64,000 bases of DNA from an uncultured Clostridia bacterium (GTDB lineage Bacteria; Bacillota; Clostridia; Christensenellales; Borkfalkiaceae). The stretch covers positions 23,433-87,432 of the forward strand of contig CANQET010000008.1 of assembly GCA_947595585.1 (NCBI GenBank), written 5' to 3'. The position numbers and the translations under genes were made by a program. Positions 19,640-26,716 of the stretch are shown one piece after another; positions within the stretch are counted from its first letter, which is position 1; the number at the start of each line of letters is the position of its first letter. Under the pieces are notes generated by a model. That model searched no databases. It was not told the DNA's origin and saw only the letters and a list, made by a program, of their open reading frames with translations.

Positions 19640-20956
19640 TCAATCGAGGATGGATCGCACGATCGCGTAGATATCGCCCGCCCCGAGCACGAGGATGAGA
19701 TCGCTCGGCGCGAGGTCTTCCATAAGCCTGCGCTTGAGCTGCTGCGGGCTCTGCACATAGCGGGCTTCGGGGAGCTTCGCCGCGAGGCGGCAGGCGCTTC
19801 CCGCAAAATCATAGGTCTCCCGTGCGGAATAGGTCTTGTAGATGATGGGAGAAGCACATCCCCCGAGTGCTCGCACGAAATCGGGGAGCAGATCGCGGGT
19901 ACGCGTGTAGGTATGCGGCTGAAAGACGACGCGCAGCTCCCCCCTGCACAGCTTGCGTGCGGTCGAGATGGTCGCCGCGATCTCCCGCGGATGATGCGCG
20001 TAATCGCAGACGACTTGGGCGCCGCCGATCGTCCCCACGGGTTCGAAGCGGCGTTTGACGCCGCGAAAGGCCTCGAGCCCCGCCTTGATCTCGGTCGGCG
20101 AAAAGCCGCAGAGCCTCGCCGCGGCATAGGCCGCAAGGGCGTTGTAGATGTGGACTTTGCCGATGACCCCGAGCGTCACGCGGACGACGGGCAAGCCCCG
20201 CTCTGCGATCGTAAACGTATACCGCTCCCCCGCCGAGACGAGCTGCTCCGCGCGGATCTCCCCCGCGAAGAGCCCGAAATCGAGGGCGTGCGGGATCTTG
20301 CGGGCATGCGGATCGTCTGCGTTCACGACGACGCGCTCCGCCTTTGCTGCGAAGGCCGAATACGCCGCGAAGATCTCCCCGTCGCTGTGATAGCAATCGG
20401 TGTGATCGCGGTCGCAGTTGAGGATGACGGCGACAGAGCTCTTCAGCGCAAGAAAACTACGGCGGAATTCACAGGCTTCGGTGACGAAATACTCTCTTCC
20501 GCGGATCGCGCAATTCCCGAAATCGAGGTCTTCGCCGCCGATATGCGCCGTAAATGCGGCTCCGCCCGCCGCGAGGACATGTGCGAGCATGCAGCTTGCC
20601 GTCGTCTTGCCGTGACAGCCTGCCACGGAGATCGTATGCGGAAATCCCTCCGCGAACTTTCCGAGAAGTTCTGCGCGCGTGACCAGACGTTTTCCCGCCA
20701 TGGCTGCCCGCGCAAGCTGCGGATGCGTGAGATCGACGGCGCCCGTGTAGACGACGACAGGCTCCGTGATCTCCTCTTCTTCGCCGCGGGAGACGCGGAT
20801 CCCCTGCGCGATAAGCCGCTGCGCCGTCTCCCCGATCTCCGCATCGCTCCCCCGCACCGCATAGCCGCGATCCCGCAAAAGAAGCGCCAAAGCGCTCATG
20901 CTGATGCCGCCGATCCCGACGAAATAGACCCCTTGCTCTGCATTTTCGGAAACCAT
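19640..20956 (-). CDS. murC: UDP-N-acetylmuramate--L-alanine ligase
   Basis: N-terminus VYFVGIGGISMSALA and Mur ligase GCHGKTT P-loop. Confidence 0.9.
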   Translation of the reverse strand: MVSENAEQGVYFVGIGGISMSALALLLRDRGYAVRGSDAEIGETAQRLIAQGIRVSRGEEEEITEPVVVYTGAVDLTHPQLARAAMAGKRLVTRAELLGKFAEGFPHTISVAGCHGKTTASCMLAHVLAAGGAAFTAHIGGEDLDFGNCAIRGREYFVTEACEFRRSFLALKSSVAVILNCDRDHTDCYHSDGEIFAAYSAFAAKAERVVVNADDPHARKIPHALDFGLFAGEIRAEQLVSAGERYTFTIAERGLPVVRVTLGVIGKVHIYNALAAYAAARLCGFSPTEIKAGLEAFRGVKRRFEPVGTIGGAQVVCDYAHHPREIAATISTARKLCRGELRVVFQPHTYTRTRDLLPDFVRALGGCASPIIYKTYSARETYDFAGSACRLAAKLPEARYVQSPQQLKRRLMEDLAPSDLILVLGAGDIYAIVRSILD

Positions 20957-21068
20957 GCACCATCGTATGCAAGCCCCGCATCTTTGCGTGCATCCCCCGA
21001 AAAAGCCCTTCCGTTTGTGAAATTTTTGTGAAATACGCCTTTTGTTAAAAAAATTATCGCAAAAACTA

Positions 21069-21097
21069 TTGTAAATTAAAATATCTTGTGTTAAAAT
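21069..21097 (+). promoter_or_regulatory. spoVG promoter
   Basis: TTGTAA-N17-TAAAAT with TGt extension. Confidence 0.5.
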
Positions 21098-21133
21098 TTA
21101 TTGTACACATCTGTATTGGGGGAGGAAATATAT

Positions 21134-21415
21134 ATGCAGATTGCCGATGTACGGATCAGGCTGGTCAATCGCGAAGGCATGCTTCGTGCCGTCGCCTCCA
21201 TCACGATCGATGCGTGCTTTGTCGTGCACGACATCAAGATCCTCGAGCGGGACGGTGAGCTCTTCATCGGAATGCCGAGCCGCAGGACCTCTGAGGGGGA
21301 ATACAAGGATATCGCGCATCCCATCAATCAGGAGACGCGCAATCAGCTCTCCGAAGTCATCCTGCAACATTATAAAGAAGCACTTGCCGCTTCTGCCGAG
21401 CAGAGCGAACAGTGA
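21134..21415 (+). CDS. spoVG: Septation protein SpoVG
   Basis: MQIADVRIRLV...ASITIDACFVVHDIKI...MPSRR typical SpoVG; GGGGGAGGA SD. Confidence 0.95.
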   Translation: MQIADVRIRLVNREGMLRAVASITIDACFVVHDIKILERDGELFIGMPSRRTSEGEYKDIAHPINQETRNQLSEVILQHYKEALAASAEQSEQ

Positions 21416-21460
21416 AAGAGGCACCGCTTTATGCGGGTCGCGGTAATGGTCCTGAATTGA

Positions 21461-21485
21461 GCGGTTTGGCGGTTCGCCAAACCGC
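21461..21485 (+). terminator. spoVG terminator
   Basis: GCGGTTTGGCG-gtt-CGCCAAACCGC perfect 11-bp stem. Confidence 0.7.
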
Positions 21486-21536
21486 TTATATTGTACCGCA
21501 AATCAGCAAGCGGAAAACCCGATTGCTGTGATAAAT

Positions 21537-21668
21537 TCATTTTTTCTTTTTCGCCAAGTTGTTCTTTTTCGCATAGTAAGCGGCAATTGCCGCTTTTTGC
21601 TTTTTCCGCGTCTCCGGAGTTTTGGCTTTTACATAGTTGCTTTTCTTTTTCTCTTTATTGAAAAACAT
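21537..21668 (-). CDS. 43-aa lysine-rich micro-ORF, coupled to the upstream 251-aa ORF
   Basis: not in ORF track (short); ATG 21668 lies 1 nt after the TGA of the upstream gene; MFFNKEKKKSNYVKAKTPETRKKQKAAIAAYYAKKNNLAKKKK. Confidence 0.3.
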   Translation of the reverse strand: MFFNKEKKKSNYVKAKTPETRKKQKAAIAAYYAKKNNLAKKKK

Positions 21669-21669
21669 C

Positions 21670-22425
21670 TCATTCGCCCTCCACGCTTATTACGGTATCA
21701 AAGTCGCATTCCTCACAATACGCTTGCAGCCGTTCTATTAGTTTTTCGCTCGGCTTAAATTTTTGCTTTATGAGATACATGTCTCGCATTTCATATAGCG
21801 GCGTTGCCATTATCTTTTGCTCGTCTATGTCATAAAAAATACAATAATTGCCCGAGTTTGTCCAATATCCGTAAAAATAATCAAAGGCAAATACTTTATG
21901 CCTTTCGTGCGTCGCCCTATTTCTAAAATATAATATCCGATGCGTATAACAAGCGTTCGAAAAAACATCCAACTCGTCGTCGAAAACCAATGTCTCTCTT
22001 TTATACAGCGGAAGCATGCAATATTCGTTCAACAGTCCACGGATATATACCGATAATTCTTGTGCGGTTATTAAAATTTCGGAAGTCTCAATTTCGTCAA
22101 AGACCGAAATATTTTCTTTTGAGGGGCGTATCCAAAGAGATTCATCCAATTCACCCAAATTTTCATCGTTGAAATACACCCTGTCGATGACGGTATTGAC
22201 GGCGTTATATATGTTTTCACTATCAGACCGATTGTATTCGTCTTTTAGTATATTCTCGATTTGGTTGCGCCTTTCCTTGCGCACTTCCACAAGTATGGGA
22301 ATGAGCTTATTCAAAAGCCCATTCTTATTTGACTTACCATTTTTGGTAAATTCGAAGCGTAGTGCGTCGATTTCCAAAATGTTCGCCACAAAGGACGAAA
22401 CCTTCACTTTGATTTTGTCGTTCAT
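21670..22425 (-). CDS. Orphan 251-aa protein; possible RHH-like N-terminus and WYL-like C-terminal half
   Basis: AGGAG SD 8 nt before ATG; consensus promoter; AT-rich codon usage; domain ideas from sequence pattern only. Confidence 0.6.
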   Translation of the reverse strand: MNDKIKVKVSSFVANILEIDALRFEFTKNGKSNKNGLLNKLIPILVEVRKERRNQIENILKDEYNRSDSENIYNAVNTVIDRVYFNDENLGELDESLWIRPSKENISVFDEIETSEILITAQELSVYIRGLLNEYCMLPLYKRETLVFDDELDVFSNACYTHRILYFRNRATHERHKVFAFDYFYGYWTNSGNYCIFYDIDEQKIMATPLYEMRDMYLIKQKFKPSEKLIERLQAYCEECDFDTVISVEGE

Positions 22426-22442
22426 CGGGTAACTCCTATCAT

Positions 22443-22471
22443 ATTATACAAACTGTCTACCCAAATGTCAA
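22443..22471 (-). promoter_or_regulatory. Promoter of the 251-aa ORF
   Basis: minus strand TTGACA-N17-TATAAT (perfect hexamers). Confidence 0.65.
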
Positions 22472-22536
22472 GGAAATCAACTGAAATAGTCAATGTTGTC
22501 TACCGTAGAACTAAGAATGCGGCCGACAGGATTTTC

Positions 22537-22565
22537 TTGAATAGCAGGCATTCTTTTGTTATAAT
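22537..22565 (+). promoter_or_regulatory. Upstream promoter P1 of the 113/91-aa pair
   Basis: TTGAAT-N17-TATAAT with TGt extension. Confidence 0.45.
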
Positions 22566-22597
22566 AAAACTGCAAGTGAAACAAGACGCCCCTACAC

Positions 22598-22626
22598 TTG
22601 ACAAAATTTATGCGAGGTATTAAAAT
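22598..22626 (+). promoter_or_regulatory. Proximal promoter P2 of the 113/91-aa pair
   Basis: TTGACA-N17-TAAAAT. Confidence 0.6.
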
Positions 22627-22662
22627 GAGTATAGTTGGCTTTTTGCTCAAGCCAAAAAAGAA

Positions 22663-23004
22663 ATGGCCAAAAAAGGAACAAAGTATGTAAGGGTCGGTAA
22701 ATACTATCTGACTTCCCATGCGCAGAATCGGATCGTTCAAAAGGAAAGAACTATAAAAAAGATCGATGTTTTGGACAATCTGTTTACAAAACCAAATGCC
22801 ATTACGCAAGTAAAATACAATAAGAACGGTAAACCCTCATATAATCGTGTGGGTAAGAGAATTACGACAAGCATAAATCCAACAAACAACAATGTTGCGA
22901 CTTGCCGACCTGTAAGCAAAAAAGAAATTAAACAATTCGGCTTGACTAATGTCGGAAAAAAGGGAGGAAAAAAGAAATATGTTAAGCAAAAGTCTGGAAA
23001 GTAA
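22663..23004 (+). CDS. Orphan basic 113-aa protein; candidate toxin (SHAxxR motif reminiscent of DUF4258/BECR-fold RNases)
   Basis: YYLTSHAQNRIVQKERTIKKIDV... motif; Lys-rich tail; overlaps the next ORF by 26 nt. Confidence 0.5.
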   Translation: MAKKGTKYVRVGKYYLTSHAQNRIVQKERTIKKIDVLDNLFTKPNAITQVKYNKNGKPSYNRVGKRITTSINPTNNNVATCRPVSKKEIKQFGLTNVGKKGGKKKYVKQKSGK

Positions 23005-23254
23005 ATTCACGCCGAGAGCAAAAGAAGAGGCGAAAAAACTTTTCGCCGAAATGAATATAACGGAGTTGAACGACGATAACCTCTATGCGGTTGAAGTTGA
23101 ACTTGACACAAGGATAAGCGGATTGGTTACGATGGATGAATGTGAGCACAAACCGATCGACCATGAGCTTCTGAAAATTTACGATACGCTGTCGGATATT
23201 ATTCTGGAGCACGAAGAAGAGATCGATTTTCTGAATAAGTTGTTTTTACAATAA
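22979..23254 (+). CDS. Orphan acidic 91-aa protein; candidate antidote/immunity partner
   Basis: AGGGAGGA SD 10 nt before ATG 22979; helical-looking, Asp/Glu-rich sequence. Confidence 0.5.
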   Translation: MLSKSLESKFTPRAKEEAKKLFAEMNITELNDDNLYAVEVELDTRISGLVTMDECEHKPIDHELLKIYDTLSDIILEHEEEIDFLNKLFLQ

Positions 23255-23319
23255 AAGAAAACGGTTTTGACAAAACAGATGATCCGTTTATAGGGCGGAC
23301 AAAACGAATACATTTCGTC

Positions 23320-24348
23320 TCAGAAACAGCGTTTGCTTCTCGCCTTCTTGCATTCTTCCACTTTATTGCACCCGTAGCAGAGTTCGTTTTCGAGCGCCTC
23401 CCCCGCAAAATATGCCTTGAGATTGCCGACCGTCGTCTCGGCGATGTTCGTGAGCGCCTCCTCGGTGAGGAAGGCCTGATGGCTCGTCACGATGACGTTG
23501 GGCATGGAGATGAGCCGCGCAAGCACGTCGTCCTCGACGATATGCCCCGAGAAATCGCGGAAGAAGAGCTCGGATTCCTCTTCATAGACGTCGAGACAGG
23601 CGGCGCCGACGATCCGCCTCTTGATGCCGTCGAGCAGGGCTTCGGCGTCGATGAGCGCCCCGCGGGAGGTATTCAGGATGACGACCCCCTTCTTGAGCTT
23701 GGGGATCGTCTCGCTCCCGATCAGGTGGTAGGTGTCTTCGGTGAGCGGGCAATGGAGAGAGATGATATCGCTTCGGCGGAAGAGTTCGTCGCGTGAGACG
23801 TACTCCGCAAGCCCCTCCGTCGGGTATTTATCGTGGGCGAGAACGTGCATACCGAAGCCGCGACAGATTTCGATGAAGATCTTGCCGATCTTGCCCGTCC
23901 CGATGACGCCCACCGTCTTCCCGTGCAGATCGAAGCCCGTGAGCCCGCTCAGGGAGAAATTGAAATCCTTGGTGCGGTTATAGGCCTTGTGGATGCGGCG
24001 GATGGACGTGAGGAGCAGCGCCATCGTGTGTTCGGCGACGGCATACGGGGAATACGCAGGCACGCGCACGACGTGTATCCTCCCGTAGCAGGAGGAAAGG
24101 TCGACGTTGTTGTACCCCGCACAGCGGAGAGCGAGGATGCCCACCCCGTAGCCCGCAAGTTTTTCGATGACGGCGCTGTCCACGACGTCGTTGACGAACA
24201 CGCACACGCCATCGTACCCCTCTGCAAGCTGTACGGTATCCGCGGTGAGCTTGGTCTCGAAGAATTTGAACGCGATCCCCGTCCCCTCCGCCGCGGCCGA
24301 AAAGTGTACGATATCATATTCTTTTGCATCAAAAAACGCGATCTTCAT
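23320..24348 (-). CDS. D-isomer-specific 2-hydroxyacid dehydrogenase (D-lactate dehydrogenase-like)
   Basis: GVIGTGKIGKIF NAD motif, R/E/H catalytic region; about 20-aa Cys-containing C-terminal tail. Confidence 0.85.
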   Translation of the reverse strand: MKIAFFDAKEYDIVHFSAAAEGTGIAFKFFETKLTADTVQLAEGYDGVCVFVNDVVDSAVIEKLAGYGVGILALRCAGYNNVDLSSCYGRIHVVRVPAYSPYAVAEHTMALLLTSIRRIHKAYNRTKDFNFSLSGLTGFDLHGKTVGVIGTGKIGKIFIEICRGFGMHVLAHDKYPTEGLAEYVSRDELFRRSDIISLHCPLTEDTYHLIGSETIPKLKKGVVILNTSRGALIDAEALLDGIKRRIVGAACLDVYEEESELFFRDFSGHIVEDDVLARLISMPNVIVTSHQAFLTEEALTNIAETTVGNLKAYFAGEALENELCYGCNKVEECKKARSKRCF

Positions 24349-24389
24349 GGTCTACCTCTCTATCTTTGCCCTTTTCTCGTCTGCAAATA

Positions 24390-24422
24390 CAAAAAAGAAC
24401 GCGCAAAACAAAGCAGCGCGTT
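24390..24422 (-). terminator. Terminator after the cold-shock gene
   Basis: AACGCGC/GCGCGTT stem followed by CTTTTTT on the minus strand. Confidence 0.6.
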
Positions 24423-24455
24423 TCTTTTTCTGTCTTTTTTCTGCCTAAGTACCGC

Positions 24456-24668
24456 TTAGGAAACGGGTACGACGTTGACAGCGCGAAGTTTGCCGCTGTC
24501 TTTGGGATCGGGTTCCGTCTCGAAAGTCACTTTCTGACCCTCTTTGAGCGTACGGAAGCCTTCCGTCTGGATCGCGGAGAAGTGCACAAATACGTCGTCC
24601 CCGCCTTCGTCGTTGGAAATGAAGCCATACCCCTTTCCGTCATTGAACCATTTCACAGTTCCGTTCAC
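24456..24668 (-). CDS. Cold-shock protein (CspA family)
   Basis: [15 protein letters not shown] (RNP1) and VFVHFS (RNP2); GTG start 7 nt after AGGAGGT. Confidence 0.9.
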   Translation of the reverse strand: MNGTVKWFNDGKGYGFISNDEGGDDVFVHFSAIQTEGFRTLKEGQKVTFETEPDPKDSGKLRAVNVVPVS

Positions 24669-24735
24669 AATAGTTACCTCCTGTCGTGCAAGCGGACGAG
24701 CCCGAAAGCTTGCCCCCTTTTTCACACCGAATGTT

Positions 24736-24764
24736 ATTATAGCAGTTTGCCTTGAACTTGTCAA
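24736..24764 (-). promoter_or_regulatory. csp promoter with long 5' UTR
   Basis: minus strand TTGACA-N17-TGcTATAAT, about 65-nt leader. Confidence 0.6.
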
Positions 24765-24783
24765 TAGCAATTTTGAAAAATTC

Positions 24784-26592
24784 TTACTTTTTTTCCAAAT
24801 ATTTCGCAAGCAGCTCTCCCGCGGCGGCGCTGAACTCTCCGTGCTCTTCGGGCGTCAGCGGACGGTAGCTCATGAGGGCGAGGAAATAGATGTATTCGAC
24901 CCCCATCTTGCGTGCCGCATCCTCTGCATCCTTGAGCGCGAGGACATTCGCATTCGCCGTATTGACGACGAGCGTGAGATCTTCGGGCATCCCGTCCATG
25001 CGGTAGAAGCTGTTCATTTCGGACATTCTGCGCATGAATTCGGAGACGTTGACGATCGCGGGAACGGTGGGATCTTTGAGCTTTTCGCACTTCACGGAGA
25101 CCTTGCGCTCCTTCAAGACGCTCTCGAAGAGCTCCTTCACCGCGCTATCCTCTTCGCCCTCCTCCTTGAGTGCGCCCGCCACATCGGCGTCGATGCGCAA
25201 AAAGCGGACGCGCTTGGGGTTCTTATATTCGATATAGCTGATGAAGTGCGGGTCGATGTAGGTATCGCAGACGACGGCGTCGAGCCCCGCATCCTTGAAC
25301 ATCTTCACATACTGCGCCTGCTTATCGAGGTCGGAGACATAGTAGACGGCTTGCGGTTCCGTCCCCTTTTCGGCCTCCTCGTTGCTGACTTCCTCGCCGA
25401 AGAAGCTCTCGAGCGGGCGGTACTCCCCCGAAAGGTTCTTGTAGATGATGATCTCCTTGACCTTCTGATAGAAGCTGTCATCCTTGATGCAGCCGAATTT
25501 GACGAACGTCGCGAGGTCTTCCCAACAGGTCTCGAAGCGGCTTCTGTCGTTTTTGAAAAGTTCGATGAGCTTATCCGCCACCTTTTTGACGATGTGCCCC
25601 GCGATCTTCTGCACCTGACGGTCGTTCTGCAGGAAGGACCGCGAGACGTTGAGCGGGATATCCGGGCAATCGATCACGCCGTTCAGAAGCATCAAAAATT
25701 CGGGGATGACTTCCTTGATGTTATCGGCGACGTACACCTGGTTGCAGTAGAGTTTGACTTGTCCGCGCTCGAGCTCGACCTGTTTTTTGACCTTCGGGAA
25801 GTACAAAATCCCCTTGAGGCGGAAGGGATAATCCATGTTGAGATGGATCCAGAAGAGCGGCTCCTGATAATCGGCGAAGGTCTCGCGGTAAAATGTGCGG
25901 TACTCTTCATCTGTGCAGTCCTTGGGCTGCTTGATATAGAGCGGGGCGGGCGTATTGACGGGCTTATCGTCTTCCCCCTTGGGGTTGAGGTAGATATCGT
26001 AGGGCATGAAGGAGCAATACTTTGCGAGCAGCTCGCGGATCCGCCCTTCGGAGAGGAACTCCTTTTCCTCCTCCGCAAGATGCATGACGACCTTGGTGCC
26101 CGCCGTCTCCTTCTCCGCATCTCCGATCGTGTAGGTACTCTCGCCGTCGGATTCCCAACGCACGGCCTTTGTATCGCCCATGCAGGATTTCGTGAAGATC
26201 TCGATATCGTCCGAGACCATGTAGGCCGAATAGAAGCCGAGCCCGAAGTGCCCGATGATGCCGTCGCCGCCCGCTTTTTCATATTTTTCCAAGAAATCGG
26301 CGGCGCCCGAGAAGGCGATCTGGGTGATGTACTTCTCCACTTCCTCTTCGGTCATGCCGACGCCGTTGTCCTCGACGGAGAGCGTTCCCGCCGCTTCGTC
26401 GGTCGTGACGACGATCTTATATTCGGCGTCCTCGGCTTCCCCCATCGTCACGAGCTTCTTGCGCTTGGTGATGGCGTCCGCCGCATTGGCGACGATCTCG
26501 CGGAGGAAGATGGTCTTCTCCGAATAGAGCCACTTCTTGATGATCGGCATCATGTTTTCGCTGGAAATGCGAATGTTTCCCTGTCTTTCCAT
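24784..26592 (-). CDS. htpG: Molecular chaperone HtpG (Hsp90)
   Basis: [14 protein letters not shown] and [12 protein letters not shown] motifs; start ATG 26592 after GAGGT. Confidence 0.9.
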   Translation of the reverse strand: MERQGNIRISSENMMPIIKKWLYSEKTIFLREIVANAADAITKRKKLVTMGEAEDAEYKIVVTTDEAAGTLSVEDNGVGMTEEEVEKYITQIAFSGAADFLEKYEKAGGDGIIGHFGLGFYSAYMVSDDIEIFTKSCMGDTKAVRWESDGESTYTIGDAEKETAGTKVVMHLAEEEKEFLSEGRIRELLAKYCSFMPYDIYLNPKGEDDKPVNTPAPLYIKQPKDCTDEEYRTFYRETFADYQEPLFWIHLNMDYPFRLKGILYFPKVKKQVELERGQVKLYCNQVYVADNIKEVIPEFLMLLNGVIDCPDIPLNVSRSFLQNDRQVQKIAGHIVKKVADKLIELFKNDRSRFETCWEDLATFVKFGCIKDDSFYQKVKEIIIYKNLSGEYRPLESFFGEEVSNEEAEKGTEPQAVYYVSDLDKQAQYVKMFKDAGLDAVVCDTYIDPHFISYIEYKNPKRVRFLRIDADVAGALKEEGEEDSAVKELFESVLKERKVSVKCEKLKDPTVPAIVNVSEFMRRMSEMNSFYRMDGMPEDLTLVVNTANANVLALKDAEDAARKMGVEYIYFLALMSYRPLTPEEHGEFSAAAGELLAKYLEKK

Positions 26593-26716
26593 GTTGTACC
26601 TCGAATTTTTGCTTTTCCTATATATACCCTGCTTTTTGCGCATACAAACGGCGCTGCCCAAATTTTTTGCATGAAAAATGACGGGCTGCTCTGCCCGCCA
26701 TTTTCGATCATACAAT

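Noticed and set aside
19423-20136. 238-codon upstream extension of the glgB ORF (889 aa in the track)
   Set aside because: The extension is Arg/Ser/Pro-rich nonsense. It overlaps murC on the same strand in another frame and spans the murC terminator and the glg promoter. The GlgB homology begins at ATG 19422.
22625-22690. 21-aa upstream ORF (MSIVGFLLKPKKKWPKKEQSM) overlapping the start of the 113-aa gene
   Set aside because: Its ATG lies inside the -10 of the proximal promoter and has no SD. It could only be translated from the distal promoter, so I treat it as unsupported.
22477-22809. 110-aa minus-strand ORF inside the islet
   Set aside because: It is antisense to the 113-aa ORF and to its promoters, has no SD or promoter of its own, and gives a Phe/Leu/Ile-rich translation typical of AT-rich antisense frames.
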